NCBI GenBank assembly: GCA_026981855.1
Contig: JALSIB010000004.1
Coordinates: 1 to 24,000, forward strand
Reading direction: 5' to 3'
Origin: Methylothermaceae bacterium
GTDB lineage: Bacteria > Pseudomonadota > Gammaproteobacteria > Methylococcales > Methylothermaceae
Length of the DNA: 24,000 nt
A model generated the notes under the pieces. That model saw nothing but the letters and a program-made list of their open reading frames with translations. It ran no database searches and was not told the DNA's origin. A program made the translations under genes and the position numbers. Position 1 is the first letter of the stretch. Each line of letters starts with the position of its first letter. Shown in pieces: positions 1 through 8,101 of this stretch.

Positions 1-123
1 TCAATGGGTTATTGCTATACACATTTTACCCGATCAGGAACCCCGATCCTCTCGTTTTGAACCCCTTTTTATCCGTATATCAATGCCTTGCGCTGACCGC
101 TTGGGAAAATTGGGGAGACACTA

Positions 124-1968
124 GTGATGATATCCTTTTGTCTCTTTTCGTTTGGAGGCTTGCAGAAGCCGATGCGTTTGGAACGTTTGTTTTCCCATCC
201 TGTTTTTCAGTTGTTTCTGCTCGCGGCGGCAATCGCTTCGGTGTATGGCCATGTCTTCGATGTTCCCTTCTACCTGGATGACCATCTCTCAATCGAGCGC
301 AACGAAGCCATCCGCAGCCTGGATTTCGATAGCCTCTACCGTTACAGCCCGAAGCGGGTCGTGGGCTATCTCAGCTTCGCGCTGGATTACCAGCTGCATG
401 GGTTGGAGCCGGCGGGATACCATCTTTTCAATGTGATCGTCCATGTGCTTTCGGCGTGGATGGCATGGGGGCTGGCAGGAATGATCCTGATGACGCCGGC
501 CATGAAAGAACGCCTGCCCTCTTCCGTCGCCCGGGGATTTCCTCTTGTGGTCGCCTTGATTTTCGCCCTGCACCCGCTCCAGACCCAGGCGATCACTTAT
601 ATCACCCAGCGTTTGGCTTCGTTGGCCGCGCTTTGGTACCTGGCTGCCCTGGCATGTTATTTCAAGGCCCGATTGTCACTTGAATGGCCCAGACGGACGA
701 TCTGGTTCGCCGGCTGTGGTTTGGCCGCCGTGCTCGCCTTCCATACCAAGGAGAACACCGTGACCCTGCCATTGGCCGTTTTGTTGGCCGAGTGGGCGTT
801 TTTCGCCCGCGGCCGCTATCGGGTGTGGTTCTCGGTTGTATTGTTGACGGCAGTGGGGGCGGGACTTGTGCTTTTGTGGGCCATGACCCATGTGGATACC
901 CCGTTTTTCCGCTATCTGGACGGCGCGACCCGGGAAACCCGCTGGTTCGACCGCGGTGATTATCTAGCGGCACAGATGAAAGCCTTGTGGTGGTATGTCC
1001 GTCTGTTTTTCTGGCCGTTCGGTTTGCGCCTGGATTATGCCGCCCACCGGCCGCCGTCGTGGAGTGATCCGGAGGTGCTCCTGGGTGCCGGGGGGCATGT
1101 GCTGGTCATTTTGACGGCTATCGGCTTCTTGCGCCGTTCTCCCCTGCCGGCCTTTGGCGTATTGTTCTACTATCTCGCCCACGCGGTGGAATCTTCAGTG
1201 ATCCCGATCCGGGATCTGCTGTTCGAGCACCGTACCTATTTGCCCAATTTCGGCCTCGCCTTGACCGCCGCATGGGGGCTTTCGATTTGGCGCCCTGTCC
1301 GCCGGATTCAAAGTGGCTGGTGGCGCCATGCGGTCACAGGATGCCTGATTGTCGCACTGGGCTTTCTGACCTGGCAGCGCAATCAATTGTGGCGTGATCC
1401 GGTGGCTTTCTGGCAGGCCAATGTCCGACTCGAACCCGAATCCTATCGTCCCTGGATGGAACTGGGCAATGCGTATTTCGATACCGGCCAAATCGAGGAG
1501 GCGCGGCGTGTGGCTCGGGAACTGGTGACGGTGCTGGAGCGCAATGGCTGGCAGCCCGGCAGGGAAGAGCTGACCGAAACCGAAGTTGGGAATATCGCCC
1601 TCGCCTACTCCCTGGTTCGGCGGCATCGGGACGCGGCCAGGGTGGCGCGTCATTATCTGAAGGTTTTCAGATCTCCGGAAGTCAAGGCCGGTTTCCATCT
1701 GGTGTTGGGTGATGAAGCGTTAATGCGCAAGGACTATGAAACCGCCGAAAAGCATTATCGCAAGGCAGTGGCGCTTGAACCTGGGCGGCTCGATGGCTGG
1801 TTGTCCCTGGGTGAGGCGCTGGGGGCCCAGGGACGATTGCGGGAAGCCCGCCAGGCCTTCCAGGAAGTGCTGAAAAGGGAGCCGGACAATCCACGGGCGC
1901 GCAGAAAGTTGGCGTTGGCCGACTATCTGCTGCAGCGGAGGGGCGATGCGCCTCCTTCACCTCGGTAA
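124..1968 (+). CDS. Multi-pass membrane protein with C-terminal TPR repeats; TMTC/PMT-like (GT-C type) putative glycosyltransferase
   Basis: 614-aa ORF. The N-terminal ~430 aa are highly hydrophobic, with motifs typical of TMTC/PMT_2-like proteins (FYLDDHLSI, YHLFNVIVHVLSA, HPLQTQAITYITQR). The C-terminal ~180 aa are TPR-like (NAYFDTGQIEEA, YETAEKHYRKAVALEP, LGAQGRLREARQAFQEVLKREPDN). GGAG lies 6 nt before the ATG at 124. An alternative start at ATG 172 (MRLERLF...) is possible. Confidence 0.7.
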   Translation: MMISFCLFSFGGLQKPMRLERLFSHPVFQLFLLAAAIASVYGHVFDVPFYLDDHLSIERNEAIRSLDFDSLYRYSPKRVVGYLSFALDYQLHGLEPAGYHLFNVIVHVLSAWMAWGLAGMILMTPAMKERLPSSVARGFPLVVALIFALHPLQTQAITYITQRLASLAALWYLAALACYFKARLSLEWPRRTIWFAGCGLAAVLAFHTKENTVTLPLAVLLAEWAFFARGRYRVWFSVVLLTAVGAGLVLLWAMTHVDTPFFRYLDGATRETRWFDRGDYLAAQMKALWWYVRLFFWPFGLRLDYAAHRPPSWSDPEVLLGAGGHVLVILTAIGFLRRSPLPAFGVLFYYLAHAVESSVIPIRDLLFEHRTYLPNFGLALTAAWGLSIWRPVRRIQSGWWRHAVTGCLIVALGFLTWQRNQLWRDPVAFWQANVRLEPESYRPWMELGNAYFDTGQIEEARRVARELVTVLERNGWQPGREELTETEVGNIALAYSLVRRHRDAARVARHYLKVFRSPEVKAGFHLVLGDEALMRKDYETAEKHYRKAVALEPGRLDGWLSLGEALGAQGRLREARQAFQEVLKREPDNPRARRKLALADYLLQRRGDAPPSPR

Positions 1969-3085
1969 GTACTACCCCCCTTATGCGGGGGGGATGGAGC
2001 AATTTCTGGGAGACCTTTTGCCCGCACAGCAAAAGGAGGGTGTGGAGCCTGCGGCCCTGGTTCATGCCGCGGGGAAACCGGAACGCCGGACCGATCCCTT
2101 CCCGCTTTGGCGTGTCCCCGCATACGGCCGTCTGCTGTATGCGCCTGTCAGCCCCGCGTACCCATTGTGGCTCGAGCGGATGATCCAGGACTTCAATCCC
2201 GATGTATTGCACTTGCATCTGCCAAACCTGTCGGCTTTCTGGGCTTTGTCATTACCTCGGGCGCGCCGTATTCCCTGGGTGATCCATTGGCATGCCGATG
2301 TGGTTTCTGCCTCCATCGATACCCGGCTTTCGATGGCCTACCGGCTCTATCGGCCTTTCGAGCAAAGCTTGCTGAAACGCAGTGCGTGCATTGTCACAAC
2401 CTCCCCCCCTTATCGTGATTCGAGCGAGCCGCTACGGCCCTGGTTGGACAAAACCGAGGTCGTCCCTTTGGGACTCGATCCCCGGCGCCTGCCCTCACCG
2501 GATGAAGAAGATCTTGTCTGGGCGCAACAGCTTTGGGGAAAAGCACGGTTTCGATTGCTCTGTATCGGCCGTCTCACTTATTACAAAGGACATCGATTCC
2601 TGTTACGGGCCATGGAACAAGTCGATGAGGGGCGTTTGATCTGTGTCGGCAGCGGAGAGATGCTGCCCTCCTTGGCGAAGCAAGCGGAACGGTGTGGGGA
2701 GGGTGTCCTTTTCACCGGTTCCATGCCCGATGCGCGCCGCAACGCCCTGCTGGCCACCTGCGATGCCTTGGTATTGCCTTCAGTCGAGCGGACCGAAGCT
2801 TTTGGAGTGGTGCTGCTGGAAGCCATGGCTTATGGCAAACCCGTGATCGCCACGCGGGTGAAGGGGGCGGGAATGGGGTGGGTGGTGGAGCATGGAGTGA
2901 CGGGATTACTGGTGGAACCAGGCGATGTGGAGGCGTTTGTGGCGGCTCTCGAGACTATGCGACAATACCCGGCAAGCGTCAGGGAGCAAATGGGTCGGTC
3001 TGGACGGGAAAAATTGATGCGCGAATTCCACATTCAAAAGTGTGCCCACAGCCTTTCGAAGATCTATACCGCCTTATGTGTCTGA
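1946..3085 (+). CDS. Glycosyltransferase family 4 (GT-B, retaining type)
   Basis: 379-aa ORF with the typical N-terminus MRLLHLGKYYPPYAGGME. C-terminal EX7E-type motif region: LVLPSVERTEAFGVVLLEAMAYGKPVIAT. It overlaps the upstream gene by 23 nt. Confidence 0.85.
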   Translation: MRLLHLGKYYPPYAGGMEQFLGDLLPAQQKEGVEPAALVHAAGKPERRTDPFPLWRVPAYGRLLYAPVSPAYPLWLERMIQDFNPDVLHLHLPNLSAFWALSLPRARRIPWVIHWHADVVSASIDTRLSMAYRLYRPFEQSLLKRSACIVTTSPPYRDSSEPLRPWLDKTEVVPLGLDPRRLPSPDEEDLVWAQQLWGKARFRLLCIGRLTYYKGHRFLLRAMEQVDEGRLICVGSGEMLPSLAKQAERCGEGVLFTGSMPDARRNALLATCDALVLPSVERTEAFGVVLLEAMAYGKPVIATRVKGAGMGWVVEHGVTGLLVEPGDVEAFVAALETMRQYPASVREQMGRSGREKLMREFHIQKCAHSLSKIYTALCV

Positions 3086-3182
3086 GACCGGCGACAGTTG
3101 AGGAGACTCGCCGCCGCAGAACATGGCGGGGGGTGTTTCTTGCCCTGCCCTTCCCGACAGGGGGGCGAGCGTATACAATACC

Positions 3183-3545
3183 ATGACCTACCAGTTGACA
3201 TCCGCCCTTTTGGGAGGCGCCCTGGCAATCGTGATCCTGTGGTTGATCTACAAGGATCACATGCACACCCGCCATGCCTTTTGGTGGATGGCCGTCGCCG
3301 CAACGGTCTTCATTCTGGGTTTTTTCCCCCATCTGGTCGACTGGCTCGGTACCCGACTGGGAATCGCCTATCCACCGGTATTGGCGTTGGTGGCTGCCAT
3401 TGGGGTGCTGCTGATCAAAATCCTGATCATGGACATTGAAAACTCCCGCCAGGAACGTGTGCTGAGGCGATTGATCCAGCGAATCGCCATTCTGGAAGCG
3501 GATCTTAAAAAATCGAACCGAACCAATCCACCCCACAAAAAATGA
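3183..3545 (+). CDS. Small membrane protein, DUF2304-like (glycosyltransferase-associated)
   Basis: The ORF is 3123..3545; the likely start is ATG 3183 (MTYQLTSALLGGALAIVILWLIYKDHMH). It has three predicted TM helices followed by an amphipathic C-terminal helix (RLIQRIAILEADLKK). Its position directly after a GT gene matches the DUF2304 context. Confidence 0.6.
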   Translation: MTYQLTSALLGGALAIVILWLIYKDHMHTRHAFWWMAVAATVFILGFFPHLVDWLGTRLGIAYPPVLALVAAIGVLLIKILIMDIENSRQERVLRRLIQRIAILEADLKKSNRTNPPHKK

Positions 3546-3622
3546 CTCGACACAAGCGTGCCCCTGCTTTGGGTACGGTTGTGAACGGTACGATTGGCGA
3601 GAAGAAGGATGGTTTGCGAAGA

Positions 3623-3698
<76 letters not shown>

Positions 3699-3720
3699 AT
3701 TTCTCCCATTCCCAGCGCCC

Positions 3721-3749
3721 ATTTACCCAAATTTTCCGAAATTTGTCAA
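3721..3749 (-). promoter_or_regulatory. Candidate sigma70 promoter for tRNA-Thr
   Basis: On the minus strand: TTGACA (3749..3744), a 17-nt spacer, then GTAAAT (3726..3721), about 22 nt upstream of the mature tRNA 5' end. The -35 is perfect; the -10 is weak. Confidence 0.3.
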
Positions 3750-4212
3750 CCATCCGCCATTTCGCCGCCCATCCCGATCAGGCACTCGAACTCGTTCTGA
3801 GCTGATCCCTTCCGACCCGGCAGGAACAGGACCGAATCCTGCGGTCCCGGACACGGCTGCGCGCAAGTCACCGGCACCACCCATCCGCTGCCACCTTTGC
3901 CTCCATTCCCGCGTAGATCGGGCCATCAGACTACGACCTCACCCTGCCTACGCCACAGTGGCAATAGATCTGCCGAGGGGGTGGGTCTCCGGGGTGAAGT
4001 TAGATGACGTCGTCCTGCATTCTGACCCCATGGCGTTGGGCTGCCAAAGCTCGGTTAGCCCCAGCACTAAACACACTAGCCGCGATGGCCCTCCTGTCCG
4101 CCTTCAACCTGGAACGGATGGCAGCGCTAAGGCACCAAAGTTTGCCAGAGAAAGCGGTCAGGATCTCTAGCAAACTTAGCTCCTGATAGATTCCTTATTA
4201 CCAAAGATAATA

Positions 4213-5139
4213 CTACATATCAATGCTATCCAGCGCCGATTTTATCGCATTCTCGTCAGGACGTACATATTCCAAGGTGACACGAACATCTGTATGCCCA
4301 AGCAAATATTGCAATATTTGCAGATCCACGCCGGGCAAGGCTGCCAGTCTTGTCGCAAATGTATGTCTCAGTCGATGAGGGCTGATCTTGACTTTCATAG
4401 CTTTGGACAAACGGCGGAAAAATCCAAAAACTTGGGTCGGTGTCATCTCACTACCCGCATAGGCGTCATTGAACAGCTGAATTCGGAAGACCTGTTCATT
4501 ATGCAGCTGTTTCAATGTTTTATGAGAGTATTTTTTACTCATCTCCGCCAAGTAACGAAGCTCCTTCTTGATCCGTCTTGGTATCGGAATCAGCCATTCC
4601 CTGTGGCTCTTGCTTCCTACATAGCTCATCAGGATCGTACCACGATCAAAGTCTATATCTCGCCAGCGCAAGGTCACCAATTGTTGTGTTCTCATGCCGG
4701 TGTGGAGCAAAGTCTTGAAGACAATGAGCCAAAACCAAGCCGGTTTGAATTTATCGGTACCATCACATTTTTCAAGATATTGGATCGCTTCCAGTATGGT
4801 TGGGGAAGAAAGCGTCTTCTTGACCTTTCCACCTTTCATGGGAGCGCGTACCTTTTGAAACGGATTTTCCGTCACGTATTCCTGCTCTATAGCATAGTTC
4901 CACATTGCACGCAATGTTCTTTGATACGTGTGCCACGTTGTTTCCGTTGCTCTTTTCAGCACATCATCTCTCCACGAGATCACCAGATCCAATTTAACCT
5001 CATCGATGTCTTTTGCCCGAGTATCATTGACGAATGCATTGACCACATTCCGGTAACTGATTTCAGTTCTTGGCCTCAAGGCGCTAACACGCAAATATTC
5101 CTCACAAAGTTCCTCTGGTGACACCAGATACTCCTTCAT
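4213..5139 (-). CDS. Tyrosine recombinase / site-specific integrase (XerC/D-like size)
   Basis: 308-aa ORF with the catalytic signature intact: TGMRTQQLVTLRWRDI (Arg), SPHRLRHTFATRLA (H-x-x-R), LLGHTDVRVTLEYV (His, Tyr). It has an N-terminal SAM-like core-binding region. Confidence 0.9.
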   Translation of the reverse strand: MKEYLVSPEELCEEYLRVSALRPRTEISYRNVVNAFVNDTRAKDIDEVKLDLVISWRDDVLKRATETTWHTYQRTLRAMWNYAIEQEYVTENPFQKVRAPMKGGKVKKTLSSPTILEAIQYLEKCDGTDKFKPAWFWLIVFKTLLHTGMRTQQLVTLRWRDIDFDRGTILMSYVGSKSHREWLIPIPRRIKKELRYLAEMSKKYSHKTLKQLHNEQVFRIQLFNDAYAGSEMTPTQVFGFFRRLSKAMKVKISPHRLRHTFATRLAALPGVDLQILQYLLGHTDVRVTLEYVRPDENAIKSALDSIDM

Positions 5140-5175
5140 CCCAATTAAGAATTGACCATATGAGTTTACATGGAA

Positions 5176-6042
5176 TCAGCGCCCCAAATATACAGAGGTA
5201 ATCTGCTCTCTGTTATGACCCATTTCACGGGATACTTCAAGGCGAGCCTGATGCTCGATAATGCGCTCCCCAGGGGTCAATTGACTTTTCGATGGGCCTC
5301 CCTCTGCGGGAGATTTCCATCCTGTCAGCTCTTCGTAGCGACGCTGGGCATAGGCATGTCTAAGCCCATGGACCTTCGAGAGTCCCGCGTTCTTACATTG
5401 ACGTTCGTAGACCTTAACCTGCTGCACGTAGGATCTGCTTTGAGGAATTAGTGATCCACGGCCAGCCAGACTACGTGCTTTTCTCAATACTTCTCGTTGT
5501 GAGTCTGTGCGAATCGGTACTTCACGACCGCGCCCTCCCTTGCACCAGCTAGGTTTGAGAACAATTTTATCCTCCTTGATGGCATAAGAGGGTTGAAATT
5601 TAATCGCTTCTTCTCTCCTCAGGCCGAATTCTCGTTGCAATTCCAAACTGACTCGCACATAGGGATCGGTGACCTTTGCCAGTTGCTCTTCGTATAACCG
5701 GATCGCCTTGTTTGCCTCGGCAATCACTTGCCTGCGTGGAATGTCATAATGATCATTGCTCTTGGCAATCAACGCCGGCTTGCCCACTTTTTGTGCCCAC
5801 CAACGAAGCACCGTCATCCGATTTTTGAGTGTAGCGGGGGACAATCCTTCTTCCTTCCAGCGTTGCAGCAGAGCATTCACATGGCGCCCCTTAAAACTTT
5901 TGGCACGCATTTTCCGATATCCCATCTCATGCAGCTGATTGGCGCACAGCTGCAATATATGGTGTCGTTGAGCTCGAGTGGCGTATGATCCTTCTGGATA
6001 TCTCTGACACAAATTCTTCAGGTCGTAATTCAAGTCACGCAT
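5176..6042 (-). CDS. Second tyrosine recombinase, Phage_int_SAM_2 + Integrase_1-like family
   Basis: 288-aa ORF with motifs GLRREEAIKF (Arg), HGLRHAYAQRRY (H-x-x-R) and GHNREQITSVYLGR (Tyr). GGAAGGG lies upstream of the ATG at 6042. It sits 36 nt upstream of, and is co-oriented with, the 4213..5139 integrase. Confidence 0.8.
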   Translation of the reverse strand: MRDLNYDLKNLCQRYPEGSYATRAQRHHILQLCANQLHEMGYRKMRAKSFKGRHVNALLQRWKEEGLSPATLKNRMTVLRWWAQKVGKPALIAKSNDHYDIPRRQVIAEANKAIRLYEEQLAKVTDPYVRVSLELQREFGLRREEAIKFQPSYAIKEDKIVLKPSWCKGGRGREVPIRTDSQREVLRKARSLAGRGSLIPQSRSYVQQVKVYERQCKNAGLSKVHGLRHAYAQRRYEELTGWKSPAEGGPSKSQLTPGERIIEHQARLEVSREMGHNREQITSVYLGR

Positions 6043-6436
6043 TATTTCCCTTCCGGCATCAAAACACCATCATCGAAATCGAAATTTAACGCTTAGTTTT
6101 AATGGTCCACTCTCCGGTCATGCTCGCATGACGGAAAGTACCTTCCCGGTCTTGGGACCCTGCTCTCTGCTAAATTCCCTGATCTGACTCGTGCATGACA
6201 GCCGGTGTCTCCTGTTGGGACTGCCGGACGTGTCGGCATTAACGCTCGGTTTCCATAATTCACCTCCTTTGTTTGTTGAACATAAAAAATGGAGGCGCAC
6301 ACGAACGCCGGGGTGAGCGATTTTCCCGGAACGCTGCCGAGGTGGCATGATGCGCCGATTTCCTGGCTAAGAAGAGGTATCCCCAAATCGAGGGATAGCA
6401 TATGAAGCATGGAACCTAAGGCTCCTGGATGAAGAT

Positions 6437-6666
6437 GCCCGAACAGGCGCTTAAGCCTGGTCATCGGATTTTTCGGGCCCGCGATGACGAGGGTGCAGGC
6501 CTATTGCCTGCGGGGGTACAGCTTTGACCCAAGCTGCCAAGGGCTAACGCGGGTTCAATTTTGTACGGATTTAATCCGTATTGTCAAGTATTGTCGTCCC
6601 ACCCCTCATTCTCCCTTGGATTGGGCCGCTGTCCCTACCGCACTTCGTGTGGTAGGGACAGCGGCC
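6437..6666. other. Hairpin-dense structured non-coding segment (candidate oriT / recombination site / structured RNA)
   Basis: Consecutive stem-loops: 6437-6443/6472-6478 enclosing 6444-6459 (caggc-gcttaa-gcctg); 6495-6511 (gcaggc-ctatt-gcctgc); 6519-6536 (cagctt-tgaccc-aagctg); 6565-6579 (acggat-tta-atccgt). A tandem direct repeat GTATTGTC lies at 6578-6585 and 6588-6595 (10-bp phase), followed by a 20-bp stem at 6624-6666. No convincing ORF is present. Confidence 0.4.
6624..6666. repeat. 43-nt near-perfect inverted repeat (20-bp stem, 3-nt loop)
   Basis: ggccgctgtccctaccgcac-ttc-gtgtggtagggacagcggcc. There are 19 Watson-Crick pairs plus one position that is G-U on a plus-strand transcript and C-A on a minus-strand transcript. 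No U-tract follows on either strand. Confidence 0.85.
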
Positions 6667-7075
6667 AACTCCCTGTCCAGGGGGGTATCATACGGCGACG
6701 TTGTTGCATAATTCCCAAGTTCCAGATGCCGGCGCCTAAGGGGAGGCAGCATTCAGCGAGGGGTTGGTAGTGCGGGCGGTGTTCCATCTGCCACTTCGGG
6801 CCTTAGAAAGGGTGGGAACGGGAGAGCAGGCACCCATCGTCGTTCCCAGGTGGAAACACCTTCTTCCGCCTCAAGATGTTGTTCGGTGACCGGCTCAGAA
6901 ATCGCCGAATAACCCTCGGTATGCCTGAATCCGTGCTGCTGACTGCATGACTACATGAAAGCTGAAAACGCCAGGAGAGACCCATTCATGCCGGAGTTAT
7001 GCAACAAAGCCTGTTGGCGACAGACTTTTTCCAGTACATGATTACCACACCGATTTCGAGAAGGAAACCCACAAA

Positions 7076-8101
7076 ATGAAAGCGTTTCTCTCCTCGCTCC
7101 CACAAATTTTTCGCCCAAAAAATGAGACGACTTTTCCGTCTGACAGGTCGAAAAAATTATCGCCTGCTGAATCTGAGTTAGCTAATATTGCTGCTGTTAC
7201 TGACGAAGTTTTTTATAAATTTTACCGACCTCCACTCATGAATTTTTTACGCCTATTTGAAACGGAAATCGACATTTATACACGTCTTTTTCAATCACTT
7301 CGGTTACGGGAGAGCGTCATTTTACCTTCTGGTTCCGATCCTCATATTGTGGCAGAACGCCGAGACGCATGGACTTACGGCGTCTTTTTGGCAGCATTAT
7401 TTGTTGATGCCAACCACTGGCCAGAATTACTCCAAGATCGATGTCCGTGGGGAGAGGACTTCACGTCGAAAACTGGTATCGCGAACAGGCACCCGCTATC
7501 CGGGTTCTGCATCGCATTATCATTGGTGCCAACGGCGGGATTGACCTGGTTATGGCAAGACGCAGAACTCTGGACAGAATGGGTAGGAGCGTTGCTAGGA
7601 GAATCACGGGGTAGCGGAGAAATTTTACGCATCGTCCATACCGCTGTTGGGCGGAAAACCTCTAAACCAGATCAACCGGAGTCTCGAGATTCGTCACTGC
7701 CGCAGCCCGGTATGGCAGATATAAATGAGGATACAATTCATGAATTAAAGGCCAACAATGAGAACGATAGGGACGAAAACGAAATTCCGGAAAGAATCTG
7801 TAACGATCCATTCCTGGATTGGCTGAAACGTGAGATAACAGCAGGCCGTATAAAGGTAGATGAAACTGGATTAGTGTACCAAACCGACGCCGGCTTATTA
7901 TTGAGAAGCCCAGAAATATTCAAGCGCTTCGCCGATGAAATCGGTGAGGACTGGCATCGGATACAAAATCGGTTTCTGCGAAGAAGATTTCATTGCAAAC
8001 GTGATGAGGGATCAAATATCCATCGGCTGGACATCAACGGAAAACAAGTCAGCGGAATATTGTTGTCCAAGAAATCAGTTTTGCAAATGCTGGATCTGTA
8101 A
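7076..8101 (+). CDS. TraI_2 / TraI_2_C (DUF1528)-like protein; short MOBH-relaxase-related protein without recognisable HD/His-cluster motifs
   Basis: 341-aa ORF. The C-terminal ~100 aa (DPFLDWLKREITAGRIKVDETGLVYQTDAGLLLRSPEIFKRFADEIGEDWHRIQNRFL...NIHRLDINGKQVSGILL) match my recollection of the TraI_2_C domain of PFGI-1/ICEclc-class relaxases. The N-terminus has only faint similarity (FYKFYRPPL, LPSGSDPH, WTYGVFLAALFVDANHW). An acidic low-complexity linker is present (NNENDRDENE). Confidence 0.7.
   Translation: MKAFLSSLPQIFRPKNETTFPSDRSKKLSPAESELANIAAVTDEVFYKFYRPPLMNFLRLFETEIDIYTRLFQSLRLRESVILPSGSDPHIVAERRDAWTYGVFLAALFVDANHWPELLQDRCPWGEDFTSKTGIANRHPLSGFCIALSLVPTAGLTWLWQDAELWTEWVGALLGESRGSGEILRIVHTAVGRKTSKPDQPESRDSSLPQPGMADINEDTIHELKANNENDRDENEIPERICNDPFLDWLKREITAGRIKVDETGLVYQTDAGLLLRSPEIFKRFADEIGEDWHRIQNRFLRRRFHCKRDEGSNIHRLDINGKQVSGILLSKKSVLQMLDL

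Noticed and set aside
3750-4212. Possible tmRNA, second tRNA or decayed gene in the ORF-poor tRNA-integrase spacer
   Set aside because: No T-arm/CCA-type 3' structure and no tag-peptide reading frame ending in ALAA-stop were found. The ~60-codon frames here have no starts or motifs. The spacer is left unannotated.
4294-5121. 275-aa plus-strand ORF antisense to the integrase gene
   Set aside because: The minus-strand frame carries the full R/HxxR/H/Y tyrosine-recombinase signature. The plus frame has no motifs and has odd Cys/Phe/Ile-rich composition.
6099-6464. 121-aa and 76-aa minus-strand ORFs in the long intergenic region
   Set aside because: They have no SD at their starts, an implausible composition and no motifs. 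Only the SD-led mini-ORF/TAATG arrangement inside them seemed worth reporting, and that is listed separately.
6698-7008. 11-bp inverted repeat ttgttgcataa (6698-6708) / ttatgcaacaa (6998-7008) as possible element termini
   Set aside because: The match does not extend beyond 11 bp. By rough expectation, 24,000 x 300 / 4^11 gives about 2, so an 11-mer inverted match within ~300 bp is expected about once or twice per window by chance.
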